From an uncultured virus (IMG/VR IMGVR_UViG_3300050188_000002) (Duplodnaviria > Heunggongvirae > Uroviricota > Caudoviricetes), in the IMG/VR virus record IMGVR_UViG_3300050188_000002: a DNA stretch of 43,681 nucleotides. One strand, written 5' to 3'. The translations under genes were made by a program, and so were the position numbers. The notes beneath the pieces were generated by a model. It did not search any database, was not told the DNA's origin, and was given only the letters and a program-made list of their open reading frames with translations. Within the stretch, counting starts at the first letter, position 1; each line of letters opens with the position of its first letter. Shown piece after piece: positions 26,525 to 35,472 of the stretch.

Positions 26525-27019
26525 ATGCCTCTTCTCTCCCGCGCCGTTGCCACTCTCCGTACTGCTGGTCTCATCGTTGATGTTGACTCCCCTGAATACT
26601 GCAAACTCAGGCTTCCATCTGACACGGTTGCATCGGTGGTTCTGACTGCTGAAGACGACGAAATCACCGAGATCACCGCCTCGTCCAGTGAGATGGGCAG
26701 CGTGAAGTTGCCGATCGTCATCAAGAACATCGTTCCGGTCTTGACCAAGATGTCTGCCAAGATTACCTTGGACGAAGCGTCTACTGCCAATCGTGAGAAG
26801 ATTTTGAAGGTATTGGCTTTGGAAGATCAGATCGATGCCCTATACAAGGTTAGGTCGCAAGCCATGACTGATATGCTTAAGGATGTTCCTTTAAATGTTC
26901 AGGTTCAGATCAATCAGATTGAATCCGCATCTATACGTGATAAGTTTGCCGATAAGCATGTCGCGTTCAAGGCCACTGCCATGGAAAGATTTGAGATTAT
27001 CAAGAAACTAAACATCTAA
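26525..27019 (+). CDS. hypothetical protein
   Basis: AAAGGA RBS, strong codon bias. Confidence 0.75.
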   Translation: MPLLSRAVATLRTAGLIVDVDSPEYCKLRLPSDTVASVVLTAEDDEITEITASSSEMGSVKLPIVIKNIVPVLTKMSAKITLDEASTANREKILKVLALEDQIDALYKVRSQAMTDMLKDVPLNVQVQINQIESASIRDKFADKHVAFKATAMERFEIIKKLNI

Positions 27020-27029
27020 GGAGGATGAT

Positions 27030-27413
27030 ATGGAACGTGTGATACTTCGGTGTAGAGTTCATATTCATCTCGATTTAACTAATGTTACTTTCAGTGTTTA
27101 TGAGCAAGATTACAAATTGTTTCCTAGAAACAATAAAACAATAGTCGAACTTGGTGGCGATAGGATTGTGTCATTCGACCATCCTCAAATTGACATTCGG
27201 GTTGGATCTATTGTATTCTACATGAGAGGGGATCATGTCGAAATTGATAGAGATCCGTACACTTCCTATTTGGTACCCTCTCTCAGACACATTACAAGTC
27301 AGGAGGTTTATACAATCTTGTTTAGCCTATGTGCTGTACTGGTTGGAGATGTCAATAAGCTTAAGATGAATATTAACAATGCTGGTTGTACCATATATTT
27401 AATAGAGGAGTGA
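27030..27413 (+). CDS. family B paralog
   Basis: VYEQDYKLFPR..SFDHPQI..FYMRGD..INNAGCTIY; AAGGAGG RBS. Confidence 0.78.
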   Translation: MERVILRCRVHIHLDLTNVTFSVYEQDYKLFPRNNKTIVELGGDRIVSFDHPQIDIRVGSIVFYMRGDHVEIDRDPYTSYLVPSLRHITSQEVYTILFSLCAVLVGDVNKLKMNINNAGCTIYLIEE

Positions 27414-27414
27414 T

Positions 27415-27795
27415 ATGGAAAAGTTACTTGAGATCCGTATATGGAAACTTAACGATGAGTTGTTCTATCAGGTTAAGTATCAGAATTTTACTAAACTCCC
27501 CAGAGGTAGATCTGTTGCTAATAATAGGTTGTTACGTCCTCAGTGTAGTATCGATAGTTGTGCATATCCAGAACTATTGTGTGCATATAGTAATATAGAT
27601 GTATACCTTATGGGGTATGAATTGAACATGGATACCGTTCCAACTAAGGTAACTAGTTGGTGTGGAGCTAATTACGGAATCCAAGATATTTACACTAGTA
27701 TAGGACAAGCCTTAGAGGGTAAGTTTGGAATTAATGTACACAAGAAGATAACAAACGCTGGTTGCTCATACTGGATTAGAAAGGAGAATATATGA
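27415..27795 (+). CDS. family B paralog
   Basis: MEKLLEIRIW..ELFYQVKYQ..PR..YPEL..YLMG..ITNAGCSY. Confidence 0.78.
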   Translation: MEKLLEIRIWKLNDELFYQVKYQNFTKLPRGRSVANNRLLRPQCSIDSCAYPELLCAYSNIDVYLMGYELNMDTVPTKVTSWCGANYGIQDIYTSIGQALEGKFGINVHKKITNAGCSYWIRKENI

Positions 27796-28145
27796 CTGAG
27801 ATTCTTAAACTTAGGATATGGAGTGTTGGAGATAATGTTAAGTATCAAGTATTACGTCAGGATAAGAAATATTTTCCGTTAGGAACGTTTAAAGCGGTTG
27901 GATCTTCTGGAACAGTTGAATATGTATCGAGTGTTAATACTCCAGAGTTGCGGTTTGGTAGTAGAGTTGAAGTCTTCATTCGAGGTGACAGAGATGAAAC
28001 CAGCAAGGTTCAAAGTCATAGTTGTGGGTTGCGCGGGCACAAGATTTCGGACATATATGACGGTATAGCAACCTGTCTTAGTAATAGGTTTAAGAAAGAA
28101 GTTAATTACAACGCAACAATTGCCGGATGTTCTTTCTACATCTGA
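27792..28145 (+). CDS. family B paralog
   Basis: ILKLRIW..YQVLRQD..TPEL..VFIRGD..DIYDGI..AGCSFY. Confidence 0.78.
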   Translation: MTEILKLRIWSVGDNVKYQVLRQDKKYFPLGTFKAVGSSGTVEYVSSVNTPELRFGSRVEVFIRGDRDETSKVQSHSCGLRGHKISDIYDGIATCLSNRFKKEVNYNATIAGCSFYI

Positions 28146-28154
28146 GAGGATCAT

Positions 28155-28514
28155 ATGGAAAAGTTACTTGAGATAAAACTTAGGAAGGTTAGTGATGAAC
28201 TGGTTTTTATGGTTTTATACCAAAACCATAGATTTATTCCGAGAGATAATTTTAGTGTAGTTTTTGATGGGTGTTCCATGGTGACCAGTAGTCATCCGGC
28301 GCTGGCAATGTATCATGATTACTTTACTGTCTATCTTAGGGGTAGTAGTGAAGATAAAGATAACATTACGCACATGTCTATTATAAGACAAGCCTGGCAT
28401 GATTATCCAATTAATCCTGTATATTTACGAAATGCTATTATGATGACGCTTAAGACTAAGTTTCCAACTGTTACTATGAGAGAGTCAAACAAGACCATAA
28501 CATTTTACAAATAA
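28155..28514 (+). CDS. family B paralog
   Basis: MEKLLEIKL..VLYQ..IPR..HPAL..VYLRG..SNKTITFY. Confidence 0.78.
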   Translation: MEKLLEIKLRKVSDELVFMVLYQNHRFIPRDNFSVVFDGCSMVTSSHPALAMYHDYFTVYLRGSSEDKDNITHMSIIRQAWHDYPINPVYLRNAIMMTLKTKFPTVTMRESNKTITFYK

Positions 28515-28535
28515 CCCCTTTTAATAAGGATTTAA

Positions 28536-28970
28536 ATGAAGCCAATTCCTATACTCACGGTCAGACTTTGGAGGTGCGCGGATGAACTCTATTTTAGAGT
28601 ACTTGAACAGAGGGAGGATTGGCTCCCTAGAGGAAAGGTTGCCGGAAAGGCAGGGTGCAGAACTGGTTGTGGTATCAACCATACAGTTGTTGTATACAGT
28701 GTTTCATGCCCTTCTATTAGATCATCTAAAACCATTAGTACATTACGGCTTAGAGGCACTTACCGGAGAAGAGATATGGATATCGTAGAAGAATGTTCTG
28801 GTATAAAGACTGACATCAAATTAATATATGACGGTTTAGGACGAGCCTGTGAGAATTTCATAAACTCATATCATAGGACTAGGGATGAAACTTGGAAGGT
28901 AATACCTCCTTTAAAATTAATACCACGTATAACAAATAAAGGTTGTACGTATTACGTTGACCCCTTTTAA
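28536..28970 (+). CDS. family B paralog
   Basis: LTVRLW..ELYFRVLEQ..LPRG..CPSI..LRLRG..IYDGLG..ITNKGCTYY. Confidence 0.78.
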   Translation: MKPIPILTVRLWRCADELYFRVLEQREDWLPRGKVAGKAGCRTGCGINHTVVVYSVSCPSIRSSKTISTLRLRGTYRRRDMDIVEECSGIKTDIKLIYDGLGRACENFINSYHRTRDETWKVIPPLKLIPRITNKGCTYYVDPF

Positions 28971-28983
28971 GTAAAGGATTTAT

Positions 28984-29377
28984 ATGGTACCGGTCTTGAA
29001 AATCAGGATTTGGAATAGTGGGTTTCATGGAATGTTTACAACCTTAGAACAGGATTATAAGTATATTCCTAGAAAGTTAGACCCCCAATGAGGTTAGGTT
29101 TATAGGTAAAAATAAAAATATTTATACTGTTCGTAATAACACCGGCGGAGGGAATACATTGCTTATCTCTCCTTTTGAATGCCTCGTTATCTTTAGAGGT
29201 ATTGATAGGAGGTATGATACAGAAATATATAGTTTCAGACGTCAAATGTTTGATTTTATGTCTAAGGAACATTTGTATCATGGTATCAAATTGATTGTTC
29301 AATCTTTGGTATCTAAAAAAGATCCTAGAAAAGTAAAAGTGAAAATGGCGAATGACGGTTGTACCTACTATCTTTAA
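28984..29377 (+). pseudogene. family B paralog with a +1 frameshift at a C5 run
   Basis: MVPVLKIRIW..LEQDYKYIPR; GAC CCC CAA TGA at 29080-29091; the +1 frame continues to VIFRG...ANDGCTYYL. Confidence 0.7.
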
Positions 29378-29398
29378 CCCAATTCCTAAAGGAAACAT

Positions 29399-30736
29399 AT
29401 GAAACTTACTTCCCCAGCTAATTCCAACTATTGTGCTACGGTCGTCTCTATCGGTAATATAGTAGCACTCCCCAATCGGGATAGGGTAGTAGGAGCCATC
29501 GTATCAGGCTATCAGGTCATCGTCGGAAAGGATTACAAGCCTGGTGATAAAGGCATCTTCTTCCCTGTTGAAACCCGGTTGTCTGATAAGTTCTGCTCTG
29601 AGAACAACTTGAACGCAGATCATAAACTTAACAAAGACCAGACTAAAAAAGGCTATATTTATAACGGTCGTCTTAAGTGCGTGGCTTTCGCAGGCAACAA
29701 GTCTGAAGGGTTGTTCCTCCCCTTGTCCTGCCTGTCCTACGTCCTATCCAAGGCTGATACTGAAAGTCTTAAGGTCGGAGACGAGTTTGATGCTCTGAAT
29801 GGGGAACTGGTATGCGAGAAGTTTGCCCCTAAGGTTCTTCTCAGTAATAAGAATGAGAGAAACCTGTCGAAGTATAATCCGGCAGCCAAGAATTCGACTC
29901 CTCGTTTGATTGAGTCGCAGTTCAACTTCCACATTGATACCAACCAATTGAAGAAGAACATGTGGAAGATTAAGCCTAGCGATATAGTATCAATAACAGA
30001 CAAGTGGCACGGTCAGTCTTTCATCGTGTCCAAGCCTCTGGTTCTTAGGAAGTTGACTTTTACAGAACGACTCCTTAAGAAGTTTGGCGTGAAGATTCAG
30101 GAGACTATGAACGACTTGGTATACTCCAGTCGGGGGGTTATCAAGAACAAGACATATGGATCTGTAGTGTCTGAATCTGACAAGTGGAAGATTGCCGCCG
30201 ATCGTCTCAAGGATATCATACCTGATGGTATAACGATTTATGGTGAACTTGTTGGCTATGACAAGTTGAAGGCATTGCAGCCCAAGTATATGTATGGGTG
30301 TAAGGCTGGTGAGATGCGAACGATGGTATATCGCGTTACTCTGACTAACAACTCTGGACAAGTGTTTGAATTCACTTGGGACCAGATCAAGAACTTCTGT
30401 GGGAAGTATGGGATAGAACATGTTCCAGAGTTCTTCTATGGGAGGGCTAAGGATATCTTTCCGGATATCAGTCCAGACCCGACGAAGGATGAGTATGGAA
30501 ACATTACCTATCCCAAGTGGTCCGAGGCAGTGTTGGCTAGGCTCTGCAACTCCTTCAACATGGAGAAGGAATGCGCTTACAACCCTGGTCAACCTGCTGA
30601 GGGTGTTGTGTTCCGGGTTGACAACTTGTTCAAGTTTGATGCCTATAAGTTGAAATCGTACAATTTTCTGTTGGGTGAGTCAGCGGAATTGGACAAGGGT
30701 GTGGTAGATGAAGAGACAGCCCAGAAGGCTGGGTAA
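29399..30736 (+). CDS. RNA ligase, Rnl2/DRB0094-like, with an N-terminal OB domain
   Basis: N-terminal OB-like region ending SEGL; motif I TDKWHG, IYGEL, HVPEF, EGVVFR, YKLKS. Confidence 0.85.
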   Translation: MKLTSPANSNYCATVVSIGNIVALPNRDRVVGAIVSGYQVIVGKDYKPGDKGIFFPVETRLSDKFCSENNLNADHKLNKDQTKKGYIYNGRLKCVAFAGNKSEGLFLPLSCLSYVLSKADTESLKVGDEFDALNGELVCEKFAPKVLLSNKNERNLSKYNPAAKNSTPRLIESQFNFHIDTNQLKKNMWKIKPSDIVSITDKWHGQSFIVSKPLVLRKLTFTERLLKKFGVKIQETMNDLVYSSRGVIKNKTYGSVVSESDKWKIAADRLKDIIPDGITIYGELVGYDKLKALQPKYMYGCKAGEMRTMVYRVTLTNNSGQVFEFTWDQIKNFCGKYGIEHVPEFFYGRAKDIFPDISPDPTKDEYGNITYPKWSEAVLARLCNSFNMEKECAYNPGQPAEGVVFRVDNLFKFDAYKLKSYNFLLGESAELDKGVVDEETAQKAG

Positions 30737-30743
30737 CATTCTT

Positions 30744-30778
30744 GTACACTGGCTCCTAACCGGGTTGGTGTACCTTTT
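30744..30778 (+). terminator. intrinsic terminator
   Basis: GTACACTGGCTC-CTAACC-GGGTTGGTGTAC followed by CTTTT. Confidence 0.6.
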
Positions 30779-30792
30779 AAGAAAGAGAGTAA

Positions 30793-31266
30793 ATGGCAAT
30801 GATTATAGTGGATTTCAACATCTTTGTTAAGAATAAGGTACGATATACTAGATTTGATTATATTTGTCCGGAAATATTTCTGCTTGGTGAAAAGAACCAT
30901 CTCGAATTTCATGGTACCCCATTTGAAATTAAAACTTGGAATTTAAGAAGTAATCAACAGTTTGTAATCCAAGCTCATAGTAGATTTTGTGCTTGTATGG
31001 GATCTGTTTCTGATAAAACATATTTCTATATTGGTAATAATTCAATAGGCAATCAATACGATATAGATGAAGTTGCTGATATCGTTCAGCCATATTGCAA
31101 CGTAATGCAGTTCAAACAAGACACGGCCGATTGTATTAAGATTGGTATGGGGGCCTATCTCGGACAATTTGTTAATTGTAAAATCACTAATAGTAGAATA
31201 TTGGTGTACTGCCATAACTTGGCAGTGGCGTTAGAAGTAGCCGGTATTAAACGTTCTACCTTTTAA
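30793..31266 (+). CDS. divergent family B paralog
   Basis: IIVDFNIF...CKITNSRILVY. Confidence 0.6.
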   Translation: MAMIIVDFNIFVKNKVRYTRFDYICPEIFLLGEKNHLEFHGTPFEIKTWNLRSNQQFVIQAHSRFCACMGSVSDKTYFYIGNNSIGNQYDIDEVADIVQPYCNVMQFKQDTADCIKIGMGAYLGQFVNCKITNSRILVYCHNLAVALEVAGIKRSTF

Positions 31267-31279
31267 AAGGAACCCAAAT

Positions 31280-31783
31280 ATGCAATACACTCTTTCGATA
31301 AAATCTCCGGTACACTGTACAGAACAGGAGATCAGGACCTTCACCGAATTCATGCTACATTCCAACCGAGTTATGAGATCCGGTTTGGATGGCAGGATCA
31401 AAGCAGCCAAAGCTTTGGCATTCTACAAACATGAAGACAACGTTATAGGCGTAGGGGCTTTAAAGATGGTTGATAGAGAACGCGTTGATCGCGTGTTTTC
31501 TATGGCTGGTGTTAGACCTCCCGGGAGATCCATGCTCGAATATGGCTGGGTTTACATCGACGAAAACCATCGCGGGAACAAGTTATTCAAGGTTATGACC
31601 CAACAGATGCTTGGTCTGATAGGTCGGTCTCTCCCATCTCAGCCTGTATTTGCTACAGCCAATGCATCTTCTACGCAGATTGCAACTGTCAATCGCCAAG
31701 TCGGGTTGAACCCCGTGGGGTGCCCGTACGAGTCCGCAAGGGCTGAATGTTTGGAACTACAACTGTTTGTGAAAGGAGTCTGA
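31280..31783 (+). CDS. GNAT family acetyltransferase
   Basis: VIGVGALK...EYGWVYIDENHRGNKLF (motif A-like), VFATAN, GLNPVG.PY.S. Confidence 0.75.
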   Translation: MQYTLSIKSPVHCTEQEIRTFTEFMLHSNRVMRSGLDGRIKAAKALAFYKHEDNVIGVGALKMVDRERVDRVFSMAGVRPPGRSMLEYGWVYIDENHRGNKLFKVMTQQMLGLIGRSLPSQPVFATANASSTQIATVNRQVGLNPVGCPYESARAECLELQLFVKGV

Positions 31784-32113
31784 ATGTTTCTACAAGAACC
31801 ATATAAACAAAATACAAAGATAGAGATTACACCACGTAGAGATGTCAACCGCCTTTATCAGTTCATGGAATTGATGACAGTTGAAGATCATATGGAGATG
31901 GAAACCATCTTTGAAAAGATTAAGCCTGTCATTGATACCTCTGAGGGTCCTATGATAGACGGTAAACCGTTCTCCATAGCCGAATGGGTATCTGATAGGT
32001 GTAAAAAGAGACTAAATGAATTGTCAAATGAGGAACGTAATAAGTTTTTCAACGATTCTGTATGTGACAAGACGTATTTTACAGGACATGAACCCGAACC
32101 CGAGGGCTGGTAA
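31784..32113 (+). CDS. hypothetical protein
   Basis: AAAGGAG RBS, 109 aa. Confidence 0.7.
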   Translation: MFLQEPYKQNTKIEITPRRDVNRLYQFMELMTVEDHMEMETIFEKIKPVIDTSEGPMIDGKPFSIAEWVSDRCKKRLNELSNEERNKFFNDSVCDKTYFTGHEPEPEGW

Positions 32114-32114
32114 A

Positions 32115-32345
32115 ATGAAACAAGAAGACCTTCTCCATGTTATTAAAACCCTTACAACCTGTTATGACGATCTTGTTATTGGTTTGATGCCGGAAAACAA
32201 ATGTTATATCAGGTATAACATAGTTGATGAGATGACTGGCAAGGAATTCTTGGTTGATTGCCATATGTTGTGTAAGGAGTTCCAAGGTCAGGCGATGGTG
32301 GCTGAACTTGCGGACAGTTATTCCATAATAATACAGAGGGATTGA
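32115..32345 (+). CDS. hypothetical protein
   Basis: ATG 32115 just after the upstream stop (MKQEDLL...). Confidence 0.6.
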   Translation: MKQEDLLHVIKTLTTCYDDLVIGLMPENKCYIRYNIVDEMTGKEFLVDCHMLCKEFQGQAMVAELADSYSIIIQRD

Positions 32346-32349
32346 TAAA

Positions 32350-32829
32350 ATGAGTGAAGTCTTATTCGAATATAGAATTCATTATGTGAAAACTGCTTTG
32401 AAGTTTCGCATTTTAAAACAGACACAACTATTTGAGGATCTGTTACTTGGAATTTGTAGTAGACCAAGGTATAACCCGACTTACGTTATCGAAAATCTTT
32501 ACTTTGGTTATTGGTTTGGTGGAGAGTTTCCTGGTATTTCATTCTATAAAGGGTATTATCCAGCACTGTGTTTAAATAGGATACAAGTTGATCATGATAC
32601 ATATTCCTGTTTAATGCCTACTGTATACCTCAGAGACTCTAAGAACCAGCATAGAGATGAGTGTGAGTACACATTTGAAACCGATCAGTATGGCCCTGTT
32701 AAGCCATACAGCGTTAAAACTCATGTAGAGAAAACGTTTTCTGCGTTTGTCAAGATAATTTCTAAGAAAACCGGCGAAAACATCATTCATAGCATAACAA
32801 ATAACACAAACCTCATATTAAAACGGTAA
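32350..32829 (+). CDS. family B paralog
   Basis: VLFEYRI..FRILKQ..YYPAL..VYLRD..ITNNTNLI. Confidence 0.72.
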   Translation: MSEVLFEYRIHYVKTALKFRILKQTQLFEDLLLGICSRPRYNPTYVIENLYFGYWFGGEFPGISFYKGYYPALCLNRIQVDHDTYSCLMPTVYLRDSKNQHRDECEYTFETDQYGPVKPYSVKTHVEKTFSAFVKIISKKTGENIIHSITNNTNLILKR

Positions 32830-32834
32830 TATTC

Positions 32835-33320
32835 ATGATAGAATTGTTTACTTACTCCCTTAATTTTAAGGGAAGTGATATATATTTCGGGGTATCACAT
32901 CAAGATTCTAGTTTTATCGGTGATATTATTACCCCTCTTTGTAGAAAAGTTAGAAATGATTTGTATAAATTGGATGTGTCTGCTAGAATTGGGCATAAGT
33001 TTGTTGGAATGTACTTTTGTACTTCGTTTTATCCTGCACTGAGAACTCATTGGGTAGAAAAATCCGATAACACGCCTTGCATCTTTGTTGTACCTACTCA
33101 TGGAGTGGTTCGTGGTAGAAATATAGTGGAGGATCGTTGGACCCATCCAAAAATGAGAATTAATACCGATATAACAAAGAATTTAGATTATACATGGTTA
33201 GATGTAAAGAACCACGTATATGATATGTTTGATCTACTAGCTGCGAGGTACAGCATCAATTCTGGTGTTTGTTGTAAGCATGTAAAAACTAATAAGTTGA
33301 ATACTATTTTCATAGTTTAA
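32835..33320 (+). CDS. family B paralog
   Basis: LFTYSL..FGVSHQ..FYPAL..VVRG..KTNKLNTI. Confidence 0.72.
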   Translation: MIELFTYSLNFKGSDIYFGVSHQDSSFIGDIITPLCRKVRNDLYKLDVSARIGHKFVGMYFCTSFYPALRTHWVEKSDNTPCIFVVPTHGVVRGRNIVEDRWTHPKMRINTDITKNLDYTWLDVKNHVYDMFDLLAARYSINSGVCCKHVKTNKLNTIFIV

Positions 33321-33332
33321 CAAGGATTAACA

Positions 33333-33809
33333 ATGGTTCTAACTCCCCTGTACAAATTTAGGTTGTTTAAAAAGAATAAAAAGGCGTGGTATCAGACCAC
33401 ATTCATTCATCCAGACTTTGTTCACATTTGCGAACTCAATGGAGTGAGTGGCCGGCCTGGTTTTTTTGGTAATGACCGCAAGATAGGGTATACCACTCTT
33501 GAGTTCGCAAATGTGTTTTACATGTGCATCACCAAGTCTGATATACAATTTAAAAATGGGTTATCTGTATATGGTAGACGGCTATATCGGGATAAAGCAA
33601 CAATTGCAGTAACAGTTCGCGAACAACATCCAGCAATGAACGAGCCTAACGTCATTGGAAACTTTGGTGTTCTTAGCGAAGAACGAATTGATTGTACTAG
33701 AACATATGCTACAAAAACTATTGCAACCGCAATGCAAATCGAGTTTAGATCACTTCCTATCATAGTACAGGCGAACAATAAGGAGTTTAGTATATGTACT
33801 CGAATGTAA
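33333..33809 (+). CDS. divergent family B paralog
   Basis: LYKFRLF..WYQ...ANNKEFSI; AAGGA RBS. Confidence 0.65.
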   Translation: MVLTPLYKFRLFKKNKKAWYQTTFIHPDFVHICELNGVSGRPGFFGNDRKIGYTTLEFANVFYMCITKSDIQFKNGLSVYGRRLYRDKATIAVTVREQHPAMNEPNVIGNFGVLSEERIDCTRTYATKTIATAMQIEFRSLPIIVQANNKEFSICTRM

Positions 33810-34210
33810 TACTCGCGTATAAGTTACGCTATAGCGACAAGTTTGACCACGGCAGCCAAGATACAATTCAAAAGACTATCACGTTTGGTATCACATATCA
33901 ACATACGGACTTGTTAAGACATCTAGTCAATGGACGACGCATTGAGTATAACGGTAGGTATTGCCACTTTCACACCGTTTATTATCCAGCAATAGTTTTA
34001 TATCCTAAAAGTATCGAGCTATATACTCGCAATGACGGCCGAACCGACCACGACTTACAAAGTAAAACGTTTGGGGTTAAACTTGAACAGTTGCGCGGGA
34101 ATGTCAAACTAACCATGAATGATATTCACAATGGGTTTGAGGCTCTTGCCGTTTCACTAAATTGGAAGTTTAAACGAACTAATGATCTCTGTTACATTTT
34201 AAGGAAGTAA
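33794..34210 (+). CDS. family B paralog
   Basis: LAYKLR..FGITYQ..YYPAI..LYTR..DIHNG..RTNDLCYI. Confidence 0.7.
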   Translation: MYSNVILAYKLRYSDKFDHGSQDTIQKTITFGITYQHTDLLRHLVNGRRIEYNGRYCHFHTVYYPAIVLYPKSIELYTRNDGRTDHDLQSKTFGVKLEQLRGNVKLTMNDIHNGFEALAVSLNWKFKRTNDLCYILRK

Positions 34211-34213
34211 AAT

Positions 34214-35383
34214 ATGATATCTAAACCACTATTCAATAAGACGTCTAAAGGTCAGATTCAAACTTGGGCTGTAGAAGTTCTAGACAATAAATTTAGAACC
34301 ATCGAAGGCCTTAAAGGCGGAACTCTAACCACATCCGAATGGACTATTTGCGAGGGTAAAAGTCTCGGTAAAAAGAATGAGACTTCTCCAAATGTTCAGG
34401 CTACCAAAGAAGCCCAAGCTAGATTCGATAAGAAATTAAAGAAGGGGTACAATGAGGATGAAGATAAAGCCGGTGATATTGACTTTATAAAGCCTATGTT
34501 AGCCACTCCTTGGAAGGATGCATATCACAAGATTGTCTATCCATGTATGGTAGACGAGAAGCTAAATGGCGTTCGTGTCATAGTCTCAAAGGAAGGCATG
34601 ACTTCCAGAACCGGAGAACGATTCTTCAATATCAGTTGCCCTCATATCAATGAACAATTGGCGCCTGTATTCGAAAAATATCCAGACGCTGTTTTGGACG
34701 GTGAACTGTTCAATGATGATCTTAAAGAGAATTTGAATCTTCTTATGGAGATCCTAGGAGCAAAGTCTGAGGAAACTTGTGATACTGCTTTCTTAACCAA
34801 TTCCAGAACAGTTGTACAACTTCACCTGTATGATGGGTATGGATTCCTTGGTTTGGCTCCGCATTCGACCCAAGTAGAGCGCCGTGGTAAACTTTGTGAT
34901 TTGTACACAGAGTTTAAAAGCATCAAATGCCTCCGCAAGGTTCACCATAAGTTGGTAGGTTCTATTGAAGAAATAACATCATTCTATGAAGCCTATATCA
35001 ATAAGGGTGGAGAAGGCGTTATAATCCGTAACTTGGAGGCACCTTATGTTAATAAGCGGTCTAAGGATTTGATCAAGATGAAGCCTTTGGATGATGCTGA
35101 GTTTGAAATCATTGGCATCGAGGAAGGTACGGCCGACTGGTATGGCGCTGCTAGAAAGTTTGAAATGAAGCATACCGGCGACTGTAATGACGATAGAATC
35201 CAAGCTGGTACTACTTTCACAGCAGATTTCAAGGGTGGTACCATAGCGGATGCCAAGATGATCCTTGAAAACAAGGAAAAGTACATCGGTAAAATTGTCA
35301 GGATATTCTACAATGGTGTAACCGGTACGGCTGTCCCGAAGCCCAATTATGCCAAGTTCGACTTTAAAAACTCGGTGGTGTAA
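34214..35383 (+). CDS. ATP-dependent DNA ligase
   Basis: KPMLA, EKLNGVR, SRTG, LDGELF, YDG, EGVIIR, KRS, K.K..DDAEF. Confidence 0.92.
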   Translation: MISKPLFNKTSKGQIQTWAVEVLDNKFRTIEGLKGGTLTTSEWTICEGKSLGKKNETSPNVQATKEAQARFDKKLKKGYNEDEDKAGDIDFIKPMLATPWKDAYHKIVYPCMVDEKLNGVRVIVSKEGMTSRTGERFFNISCPHINEQLAPVFEKYPDAVLDGELFNDDLKENLNLLMEILGAKSEETCDTAFLTNSRTVVQLHLYDGYGFLGLAPHSTQVERRGKLCDLYTEFKSIKCLRKVHHKLVGSIEEITSFYEAYINKGGEGVIIRNLEAPYVNKRSKDLIKMKPLDDAEFEIIGIEEGTADWYGAARKFEMKHTGDCNDDRIQAGTTFTADFKGGTIADAKMILENKEKYIGKIVRIFYNGVTGTAVPKPNYAKFDFKNSVV

Positions 35384-35472
35384 ACACCGATTGATTTCTC
35401 CCCTCTCAACCCTTTTTATAAGGAGGTGTTATATGATAAGTTTCTAAACTCTATGTTGGAAAGGTTTCAAAA

